42,229 nt of DNA from Promethearchaeota archaeon Loki_b31 (GTDB lineage: Archaea; Asgardarchaeota; Lokiarchaeia; Sigyniarchaeales; SOKP01), in contig NJBI01000030.1 in NCBI GenBank assembly GCA_005222975.1, positions 1-42,229 on the forward strand, read 5' to 3'. The position numbers and the translations under genes are program-made. This document shows positions 8,889 through 16,997 of the stretch, piece after piece (position 1 is the stretch's first letter; every line of letters starts with the position of its first letter). The notes beneath the pieces are model-generated. The model ran no database searches. It worked only from the letters and a program-made list of their open reading frames with translations, and had not been told where the DNA came from.

Positions 8889-9722
8889 TTAGTCTTCTTC
8901 ATTATAAGTAAGAACTTCGTTTAGTGATCCAGACCTAAACCCTTCTAAATCAATCGTAATGTAGCAAAATCCTAATTGTTTGAATTTAGTTTTAATTTTT
9001 TTAATGTTTTCATTGGTCATAACTTTCATAATATCTTCGGGCATCAGCTCAATTCGTGCTAGTTTTCCTTCGTGTAGTCTAACTCGTAATTGGTTTAAAT
9101 TGTATGTGTTTCTCAAGAATTTTTCAGCCTCTCTAATCATATCTAATTTTTCCTCGTTAATATCTTGATCGTAGGGTATACGCGACGAAAAACACGCCAT
9201 TGAAGGTTTCGATTGTACATCTAAGTTAAAGTATTTGCATATCTCTCTAATCTCTTGTTTGTTAATCTTGAAATCTATATAAGGAGTAGTAATATTTAAT
9301 TCTTTCAAAGCTTGCATTCCTGGCCTATAATCTGAAAGATCATCGATGTTTGATCCATCTAATATTAAATCGAAATTCCTTTCTTCCTTGATTTTTATAA
9401 TATCCTTATATAAACCTGTTTTACAAATATAACACCGATTTTTAGGATTAACTCTAAAATTTTCATCTTTTAAAGGATCACGCTCGACTATCAAGTGCGT
9501 TATGCCGTATTTTTTTGCAAATTCGTTAGTTAATTTAATTTCATCATCAGGATAAAGTATTGACTTCTCAGTTACAAGTAGCGTTTCTTTTGCGTATTTA
9601 TTTGAAAGAAAAGCAAGTAAACTACTATCAACTCCACCAGAAAATGCAACTAATATTTTTTTTGTTTTTAAAAAAGATATGAGGCTTTCAAGTTTGTTTT
9701 TTAGATTATTAGATAAATCCAT
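8889..9722 (-). CDS. larE: ATP-dependent sulfur transferase LarE family (PP-loop)
   Basis: AFSGGVDS PP-loop, RCYICK, DGSN.DD..DYRPG, ACFSSRIPY, GFRSGSLN. Confidence 0.9.
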   Translation of the reverse strand: MDLSNNLKNKLESLISFLKTKKILVAFSGGVDSSLLAFLSNKYAKETLLVTEKSILYPDDEIKLTNEFAKKYGITHLIVERDPLKDENFRVNPKNRCYICKTGLYKDIIKIKEERNFDLILDGSNIDDLSDYRPGMQALKELNITTPYIDFKINKQEIREICKYFNLDVQSKPSMACFSSRIPYDQDINEEKLDMIREAEKFLRNTYNLNQLRVRLHEGKLARIELMPEDIMKVMTNENIKKIKTKFKQLGFCYITIDLEGFRSGSLNEVLTYNEED

Positions 9723-9799
9723 TGTTATTCTGATAAATATGAATAAATGAAGCATAAAAAGTTTTTATTTTACAAATAATAAAAAATGAAAACATTTAA

Positions 9800-9848
9800 A
9801 TATAGTATTTTGTTTATACTATATAAGAAACAGTATTGATAAAATACT
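9800..9848. promoter_or_regulatory. Tandem palindromic operator AGTAT-N7-ATACT x2, probable PadR binding sites
   Basis: ATATAGTAT-tttgttt-ATACTATAT (9800-9824, perfect 9-bp inverted repeat) and AGTAT-tgataaa-ATACT (9832-9848), ending 28 nt upstream of the padR ATG. Confidence 0.7.
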
Positions 9849-9876
9849 ATTTTAAAAAATCAATAAAATAAAATAA

Positions 9877-10434
9877 ATGGAGTTGAAAAACATGATAAAA
9901 CGCGTGAGAGAATTAGACTCAAAGGCTTTAATCGCTTCAAGATCTTTTCGAGATTACGTTGAAAAACAAGAAACTGAGATTAATCGTGGAATAAGTTCAC
10001 TTTGTATACTATCCATAATTATACAAGCCGGTGAGGACGGTTCACATGGTTATCAAATCTTAAAAGATTTATCTGACCAAACGAATGACATGTTAGTCAT
10101 TGTAGAGGGTACTTTATATCCAATTCTTAGAAAGTTAGAATCTGATGGGATAATCGAATCTAAAAAAGAAGAAACTGGTAGAAAAAGAAAATTTTATTAC
10201 ATAACCGAATATGGTGAAAAAATATACTATTATCTATCAGGATTTTTTTCCAAACTTACTGAAGCAATAGCGCCTTTATTCGATGTAAAAGTAAATTTAA
10301 AACAAGATAAATACCTTTATTGTCCAATGTGTGCTAATAAAATAAATCTTAGTAGCGAAGAACTCCGATTTTGTGACGTATGCGGTCATAATATAGAAAA
10401 AGAATTAAATACAAGAGGTTTAAAAAATGAGTGA
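9877..10434 (+). CDS. PadR family transcriptional regulator with C-terminal zinc ribbon
   Basis: HGYQI, EGTLYPILRKLESDG, RKFYYITEYG wHTH motifs; C-terminal CPMC...FCDVCG. Confidence 0.92.
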   Translation: MELKNMIKRVRELDSKALIASRSFRDYVEKQETEINRGISSLCILSIIIQAGEDGSHGYQILKDLSDQTNDMLVIVEGTLYPILRKLESDGIIESKKEETGRKRKFYYITEYGEKIYYYLSGFFSKLTEAIAPLFDVKVNLKQDKYLYCPMCANKINLSSEELRFCDVCGHNIEKELNTRGLKNE

Positions 10435-11473
10435 AAAAATTATGGAAAAAACAATTAAGGAATATTTAAAAGAAGTGAAGGCAAAACTACCTGATTGGTT
10501 AAAAGACAAGAAGGAGCATAAAGATATTCTAGCTGAACTTGAAGAACACATTTGGAGTAAAGCAGAAGAATTGTCAGAAACTGGACATCCTACAGAAAGT
10601 TCAGTAAAGTTAGCAATTACCCACATGGGGGCTCCAAAGAGCATTGCTAAAGAATATAAGCGTCGTGGAACGCCAAAAGTATTTATAACAGAAGAAATGT
10701 GGCCATTATACACGAAAGTTTTGATGATAGTGTTCTCAGTAATAGTCGCTATAAGTATAGCTACTCAGATAGTTTTTAACTTAATCCTTGGAGGCGAACC
10801 TTTCATAGAGGTTCTCGGTTCAATAATTACGGGAATTCAAGGGGGGTTAGTAATATCTTTTGTTATTATATCCATTATTTTCGTAGTACTGTCGATGGAA
10901 GGCTATTTTCCTGAGGATTTTAAATCTAAAAAAGACTTAGCGAAGGAGAAACTTTTAGCTGAAACCGCTGAGGAGGAAGGTTGGCCAATTTCCCAGAAAA
11001 CGGGTAAACCGTTAAAACCATTCATAAAACCAATCGGTGAAATTATTGGTGGTGGTATTGTAATACTAATTGGATGCTTATTCCTATTTCAGCCATTTCC
11101 TACAGATTTACTGGATGTACAATTTCTTATATTGCTTCGCTTTTTTGGAGCTTTCATAGCTACTGAGGGTGCGTTAGACATTACGAGAGGAATTATTGGC
11201 AATCGACAACCTAGTACCCACCAACTTATTCACATCATCACGATCGTCGTTAAGTTGGCACCAATACCATTAATGTTAATCTTGATGAATCAACCTAAAA
11301 TCTTCCCATTCTTTAATTGGGATGAAGTCACTGAAACATTTGTCAATATAGGAATTGCGCCCGCATTCTATGACCTTTACAGGAATATTATCGTTCTCAT
11401 AATTGTTGGTTCCGTACTATTTTTAGCAGAAGATATGTACAAAATATTTAAAATACAAAAATATAAAGTATAA
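10427..11473 (+). CDS. HAAS (DUF1700-like) domain polytopic membrane protein
   Basis: IKEYLKEVKAKLP...DILAELEEHI...MGAPKSIAKEY N-terminal helical domain, then about 6 TM segments; 8-bp overlap with padR. Confidence 0.8.
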   Translation: MSEKIMEKTIKEYLKEVKAKLPDWLKDKKEHKDILAELEEHIWSKAEELSETGHPTESSVKLAITHMGAPKSIAKEYKRRGTPKVFITEEMWPLYTKVLMIVFSVIVAISIATQIVFNLILGGEPFIEVLGSIITGIQGGLVISFVIISIIFVVLSMEGYFPEDFKSKKDLAKEKLLAETAEEEGWPISQKTGKPLKPFIKPIGEIIGGGIVILIGCLFLFQPFPTDLLDVQFLILLRFFGAFIATEGALDITRGIIGNRQPSTHQLIHIITIVVKLAPIPLMLILMNQPKIFPFFNWDEVTETFVNIGIAPAFYDLYRNIIVLIIVGSVLFLAEDMYKIFKIQKYKV

Positions 11474-11525
11474 ATCAATTTCTTTTTTTTTAATTTTTAT
11501 TAATATTTACCGTAAATCCTATTTT

Positions 11526-11590
11526 TTTAGAGAATTTTAGATAATTTAGAGTGTTTTAGCGTAATTTAGAATTACGATTATTTTTTTTAG
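11526..11590. repeat. Helically phased TTTAG pentamers in a convergent intergenic region
   Basis: TTTAG at 11526, 11536, 11545, 11555, 11565 and 11586. Confidence 0.6.
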
Positions 11591-11607
11591 ATTAACCCAG
11601 TATAAGC

Positions 11608-12344
11608 CTAATCTGACTTAAAATTTTTTAATATAAGAAGCGATTCGGGGATTAACCAAAGAAAAGCTGCAAGAAGCATCATCCATTCAAGAAAGGGTCT
11701 TGTCACTGAATTAGGTGGAAATAAAAACAAAATACTTGCTGTAAATGGACCTACCATCATATAGAGCCCTAGAAGTCTTGGAAACATTGTTTTTTTTAAT
11801 TTTACTAGGATAGCTATGCCATTAAATAACGCTCCAAAAGCTAATCCTACGAATACTATAATTGAAAAAGTATAATGTAATCCCAACTCGGTAGTTCTAT
11901 CCTCGCTAAATAACCCTATCCCAAACAATCCGACTACTCCTGAGAGAAGCGAAAGCAAACCAAAAAACGCATGTAAATCGATGTATATACAAAGAATTCT
12001 TTTAAAAATAGACTTATTTGAATTAAAAATAATATTTTTTGTATCTGAAACTATTATTTTTGTTATATAGAAAAAAACCGGTAAGAGAAAGCAAGCAGTT
12101 GTCATTGTTATAGCATCTAAAACGAAAGGAGCGGGAGTATAACGAATTGACCCTAAATCACTAATGTAATTGTCAATTATGTTATAACTTTCTGGACCAA
12201 AAAAAATGCGATTAGAAACCCAATAAGAAGTCCAGGTAAAAAAGTTAATAAACTTACATAAATACATATTTTAATTAATTTTTGATTCAAAAATCGGTTA
12301 AAAAGACGATTGATTTTCATAAATAATAAATTAATCTGACTCAT
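11608..12344 (-). pseudogene. DUF998/Frag1-DRAM-Sfk1-like membrane protein, frameshifted at a T8 run (or sequencing error)
   Basis: Frame from ATG 12344 gives MSQINLLF...LLTFLPGLLIGFLIAFF (first TM helix). The main frame continues FGPESYNIIDNYISDLGS...GIGLFSED...LH. One extra T in the run at 12199-12206 joins them into a 245-aa protein. Confidence 0.7.
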
Positions 12345-12419
12345 TTACTTATGAAATTTGTATTTGTGTTTAAAATTATCTAAAAATAAAATAAAATAAA
12401 AAGAAATAAAAGAAAGGCT

Positions 12420-13631
12420 TTAATAAGCCTTTTTTAATTTTGAATATTTTCCAACTTTAAAGAAATTTCCAATCATTCCACCCATAATGCCTAAAATTAT
12501 TGCAATAATAACCCAGAAGTAAACGATGAAAATGATGTTTGTTGGATCAGCTGGTATAGCTGGAATATTACCTCCTGAAAACAAAGAAATCGGGAATATC
12601 TCTGGCTGGTTTATAAGTAGCACAAATAAAGGAATATAAGCTAAATTATAGATGGCTCCAATTACCAAAAAGACTTGTTGTCCCGTGTAATTACTAACGC
12701 CAATTACAAGGCGAACTAGACTAAATAAACCACTTACAAAAATTAAAAATCCCATCATCTTAAGCCAATCTAGAAAAGCTTGTTGCATTAATCCTGTAAC
12801 CGCAAACGGTTGGATTATTAGAATTAAGCCAAAAATTATTCCCGCTGAGGTTCCAAATATTAATTCTCCTATAGTGACCGGTTGGGTTTTACCGATTTCT
12901 CTTTTTAGCTTAGCTTCTTCCACTTTTTGTTTTCGAAGAACTTTAGCTGCTGCTAACTTTTCTTTTTCTATGGCTTTCGTTTCAAGCATTTTCTCTTTTA
13001 CGTGATATTTAAATGCTGCCATTTTTTCTTCTCGAAGTACTTTAGCTTCCTGTATTTTTTGTTTGGTATATATTTTCGATTCTTCCAATTGTTCTTCGTT
13101 AAAATTGAAAGGGAAAAGTATGGCCAAGCGCTTTGGAATTATTCCAAAATCTTCGGGTAAGAAACCTTCCATAGAAAAATAAACGAATACTATTGTAATT
13201 ACAACTGCGGAGATTAAGCATCCAATCCAGATTCCAGTTAGCATCTCTCCTAATACTTCCCACCAAACCTTAAAAAAGAACTGAAAAATTGCGCCTAAAA
13301 TATTGACAAAAAACACAACTCCAAAGAAAAAGAACAAAGATCTTAAATAAAACTCGATGAGTTCTTGTGTAATGTAGAATCTTGGCGTACCCCGGCGTTT
13401 ATATAATTTTGCTATGCTTTCGGGAGTCCCCATTCGCATGATCGCTTCTTGCACATCTGCGTCAGTTAATGATTCTCCTCCAGAAATTGCTCTTGCCTCG
13501 TTATAAAGTTGCTGTTCTAAATCGTTTAATATGTTCTTTAATTCTTCTTCTTTCCATTTCAACCATTCTGGAAGTTTCTGTTTAACTTGAGCAATGTAAT
13601 TTTTAATAAGTTTATTCTCAGAATCACTCAT
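12420..13631 (-). CDS. Second HAAS-domain membrane protein (paralog of 10427..11473) with an 11-mer repeat insert
   Basis: Shared motifs LPEWLK/LPDWLK, MGTPESIA..YKRRGTP, SMEGFLPEDF/SMEGYFPEDF, NQPEIFP/NQPKIFP. Confidence 0.8.
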   Translation of the reverse strand: MSDSENKLIKNYIAQVKQKLPEWLKWKEEELKNILNDLEQQLYNEARAISGGESLTDADVQEAIMRMGTPESIAKLYKRRGTPRFYITQELIEFYLRSLFFFFGVVFFVNILGAIFQFFFKVWWEVLGEMLTGIWIGCLISAVVITIVFVYFSMEGFLPEDFGIIPKRLAILFPFNFNEEQLEESKIYTKQKIQEAKVLREEKMAAFKYHVKEKMLETKAIEKEKLAAAKVLRKQKVEEAKLKREIGKTQPVTIGELIFGTSAGIIFGLILIIQPFAVTGLMQQAFLDWLKMMGFLIFVSGLFSLVRLVIGVSNYTGQQVFLVIGAIYNLAYIPLFVLLINQPEIFPISLFSGGNIPAIPADPTNIIFIVYFWVIIAIILGIMGGMIGNFFKVGKYSKLKKAY

Positions 13632-13826
13632 TATTGTCCACTTTATTATTTAATCACACTTTTATTAGATAATAATTCAATATTTTAATAACTACTAATG
13701 ATAATATACTATTAAAAAAAATGGAGACCAATTTTAAATATCACTTCATATTAAGATGTAAGAACGCATTGAATGTTAAAAATTAGGTCTATGACTCCAT
13801 AAGAACAAGATTAGATTAACAGAAAA

Positions 13827-15251
13827 ATGGATAATAATTCAAGAAATTCCAAGGAAAAAACAAAAAGGCGAAAATTCGGTATTCATTTAACTTCAGTTGA
13901 AATATTCTATAAATACATTTTTCCTGAAATTAAAGATCTAATAGAAAATTACTTATGGGTTGATCTCTACGCCGGTGAGGGTAATTTAATTTTACCAATT
14001 TTAAACGAAATCCCCTATGACAAGCGAGAAAGTTTTTTCCGAGGTCATATTTTTTTGTTTGACATTCAGAAAGATATGGTTCAAAAGTGCATTTATAACG
14101 CTGAGGAATATGGAATTCCTAAGCAAATCGCAGAAAATAATATCAAAAAACGTGATAATCTTGGAAGCTTTCCTCAAATTTTAAAACGAAAAAAATTTCC
14201 TATTTTTCACATTACCAATCCACCATACTTATATTTAGGTTACATTAGGAAGCACTACGAAACCCAAAAGTTTCTTCAATATTTTAAAAAAGATAATAAG
14301 GGGTATCAAGATTTATATCAAATCGCTATGGTTAATGACTTGCGTAACGATGTTGAGAATCTGATTTACGTAATTCCTACTAACTTTTTATATGGCGCAT
14401 CTGTTTCTAATAAATTTCGTTTAGACTTTTTAAAATATTATAATATTCTTAAAATGATAATTTTTGAAACAAAAATCTTTGAACATACAGGTTCAAATAT
14501 TTGCATTGGCTTTTTCAAGAAGAAAAAAGTTCCGCAAGATGAGTTTCAGACATTTACGGGGTTAAAGACCAAAAAACAAAATGATATTTTGAAGATGGTT
14601 TACAATTTAAACCCCAAATATAAATACAGAGCAGGTTCCAAATTTGACGAATTTTTAGAGAGTTATAAAGCGGTTAATCCATTAATAGTTAAGTATTATT
14701 TATTGAAAGAAGAAGTTTCGCAAAATAAAGGCAATTTTGAGATCGAAGTAATTGACGCGAACCAGTACAAAAGCAATCAATATGTAAAATTAAACATTAA
14801 AGTAAATGAAAAGTTAAAGCGAATAATTGAATCAAATATTTTGTACGTTAGAACTGTAGACACAGGCTCCTATAATGGGCGAGCAGGATTAGGGCAAGTA
14901 AACGAAGATTTCGATGTTCATGCGATTTATGTATCCCATAAAACCTATAGAACCCATCCGATCCAAATCTTCTTAGAGCCAATTATTTCCACAGATAATC
15001 AACTTCTCTTAAGAAATTATTTTAATTTTATTTTAGAGCAATTTAGACTCAAATTAGACAGCGAATTTTTAACAACCTATAAATACTCAAACGCAGAATA
15101 CACGCGAAAATATTTAGGTTTAAATCAAACGAGAAAATTAATTGAAACATTCCCCTATCGAAAGCTCACTTCAGAGAAAAAGCAAGATTTGAAATCCTTA
15201 ATTACTAGTAAAGATTTTAAGAGAATTTTAGATTTTTTAAAAAGCATATAA
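13827..15251 (+). CDS. Amino (probably N6-adenine) DNA methyltransferase, solitary
   Basis: Motif I VDLYAGEGNL followed by catalytic TNPPY, then YVIPTNFL and IFEHTG (gamma-class order). Confidence 0.85.
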   Translation: MDNNSRNSKEKTKRRKFGIHLTSVEIFYKYIFPEIKDLIENYLWVDLYAGEGNLILPILNEIPYDKRESFFRGHIFLFDIQKDMVQKCIYNAEEYGIPKQIAENNIKKRDNLGSFPQILKRKKFPIFHITNPPYLYLGYIRKHYETQKFLQYFKKDNKGYQDLYQIAMVNDLRNDVENLIYVIPTNFLYGASVSNKFRLDFLKYYNILKMIIFETKIFEHTGSNICIGFFKKKKVPQDEFQTFTGLKTKKQNDILKMVYNLNPKYKYRAGSKFDEFLESYKAVNPLIVKYYLLKEEVSQNKGNFEIEVIDANQYKSNQYVKLNIKVNEKLKRIIESNILYVRTVDTGSYNGRAGLGQVNEDFDVHAIYVSHKTYRTHPIQIFLEPIISTDNQLLLRNYFNFILEQFRLKLDSEFLTTYKYSNAEYTRKYLGLNQTRKLIETFPYRKLTSEKKQDLKSLITSKDFKRILDFLKSI

Positions 15252-15262
15252 TTTATACAAGC

Positions 15263-16138
15263 TTAATATATGCTAGCAAAAAGAAAAGCAATTAACCCCA
15301 GAAATGCTCCAATTTTTAACAGTAAACTGATCCTTTTAAAATCTTTTCTTTCCAATTTCGTAGTAAGCATTAAAAAAATTGCGTAAATTACATCAATTAG
15401 ACCAAAAATCATTAAAATAATAAAAAAGATTGGATTTAGAATGTTTGTAAAAATAGGTAATATAAAAAATATTATTGCTGTAATTGAAAAAACTAAGGAG
15501 ATATAGGTAGATTTTCTAATTCCAATCTTAATAGCTAAAGTTTTAACTCCATGATTTTTATCTCCTTCAATATCTTCACAACCTTTAATAATTTCTCGAG
15601 AAACTAAAAGAGAGAAAGCTGTTATAAAGAAGAAATAAATGAAAAGAGGAATAGATGAACTGTTTAATACCGCTCCATAAATCATACCAATTGAAAAAGA
15701 AATACCCACTGCCATATTTCCAAAAAAACCACTCTTTTTACCGTATGCTGCATACAACCAACCTATGAATCCAAAAAACGACGCTAACACGATATTTAAT
15801 AAACCTATATTAAAAAAAATACTATGGAAAATGCTAAGAGCTAATCCGATAATAAGATAAATTGAATAGAGTAATTTTGCTTGCTTTAAATTTATTGAAC
15901 CTCTTGGAATAGGGCGTTCTGGTCTATTAATTTTATCTATTTCAATATCGTAAATGTCGTTGATAACCATTCCTGCAGCCGCGATAAAAATATATGTAAA
16001 AACGCCTAAAATTATATTAATTAATAACTTATCTAATGGAATTCCTAATCTGGTATTCAATAAGCCAATAATTACTGTTAAAGCCCCCATTAAGCAGTTT
16101 ATAGGCCGTATAATTTCTATAGCGTCTTTAAATCTCAT
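15263..16138 (-). CDS. Digeranylgeranylglyceryl phosphate synthase (UbiA family, DGGGPS)
   Basis: IRP.NCLM, NDIYDIEIDKINRPERPIPRG, REIIKGCEDIEGD; downstream of GGGPS. Confidence 0.92.
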   Translation of the reverse strand: MRFKDAIEIIRPINCLMGALTVIIGLLNTRLGIPLDKLLINIILGVFTYIFIAAAGMVINDIYDIEIDKINRPERPIPRGSINLKQAKLLYSIYLIIGLALSIFHSIFFNIGLLNIVLASFFGFIGWLYAAYGKKSGFFGNMAVGISFSIGMIYGAVLNSSSIPLFIYFFFITAFSLLVSREIIKGCEDIEGDKNHGVKTLAIKIGIRKSTYISLVFSITAIIFFILPIFTNILNPIFFIILMIFGLIDVIYAIFLMLTTKLERKDFKRISLLLKIGAFLGLIAFLFASIY

Positions 16139-16160
16139 ATTAAAAACAATTAAAGAATTT

Positions 16161-16979
16161 TTAATTTATACAATAATTATTATTACGACTTTTACCAGAT
16201 TTTTTTATTTCGTCAATAATAGCTTTTAAAGAGTTCCCATCGTCTTTTAATACTTGGTTTTCCAAAAATGTTCCCATTACGATGATGTCTGCCCCCGCTT
16301 CAACAAAATTTCTAGCGTCTTCTATACTACTAACACCTCCACCCACAATTATTGGAATGCTTAACATATTTGAACAAAGCCGAATAATTTCGGTGGGAAG
16401 TCTTTCACTACCGGACCCAGCTTCTAAATATATAAGTTTAAAGCCAAAATATTCAGCTGCTAATGAATATGCAGCAGTTAATTTAGGTTTCTTTCTTGGA
16501 AGTAATTTGGCTTTCCCGATCCATCCTGCTGTACCACCAGGTTCGACAATTAAATATCCTGTGGAGATTATTTCAAGGTTAGCCATTTTCACTGTATATG
16601 AAGCAAGCGCTTGTTGTCCAACAATAAAATATGGATCTTCAGAATTTAATAGAGACATAAATAAAATAGCATCTGCTTCTTTTGAAACATTTGTGATACC
16701 TCCTGGAAAAATTATAATTGGTAAACTTACTTTTTCTTTAATTGCCAATATTGTCTCGTCAACAAACCTCTGGTCAAAAACGGTACTTCCACCAATCAGA
16801 ATGGCATCTGAACCAGCTTGCTCGGCGAAAAGAGCCATTTTTCCTGCTTTGGTGGGATTTTGCTTAGTGGGATCTGGATCTATTAAAGAAAAATGAAGGG
16901 TACCATCACTATTTATTTTATTAATTAAATATTCGTAAGCGCTCGTCTTCAAAGTATTTTTAGTCAATGCATCAACCAT
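16161..16979 (-). CDS. Geranylgeranylglyceryl phosphate synthase (GGGPS)
   Basis: LIDPD, AILIGGST, IFPG, SLLNS, YLEAGSG, VGGGV, GADIIVMGT. Confidence 0.95.
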   Translation of the reverse strand: MVDALTKNTLKTSAYEYLINKINSDGTLHFSLIDPDPTKQNPTKAGKMALFAEQAGSDAILIGGSTVFDQRFVDETILAIKEKVSLPIIIFPGGITNVSKEADAILFMSLLNSEDPYFIVGQQALASYTVKMANLEIISTGYLIVEPGGTAGWIGKAKLLPRKKPKLTAAYSLAAEYFGFKLIYLEAGSGSERLPTEIIRLCSNMLSIPIIVGGGVSSIEDARNFVEAGADIIVMGTFLENQVLKDDGNSLKAIIDEIKKSGKSRNNNYCIN

Positions 16980-16997
16980 AAAATTCACTTATTATAA

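Noticed and set aside
11520-11595. CRISPR array
   Set aside because: The repeats are 5 bp with about 5-bp gaps, far from repeat-spacer dimensions, and there are no cas genes.
13714-13802. Resemblance to a fluoride riboswitch (ATGGAG ... ATGACTCC)
   Set aside because: The P1 stem and pseudoknot do not match properly (GGAGA against ACTCC), the spacing is long, and the downstream gene is not fluoride-related. Kept only as a generic inverted-repeat element.
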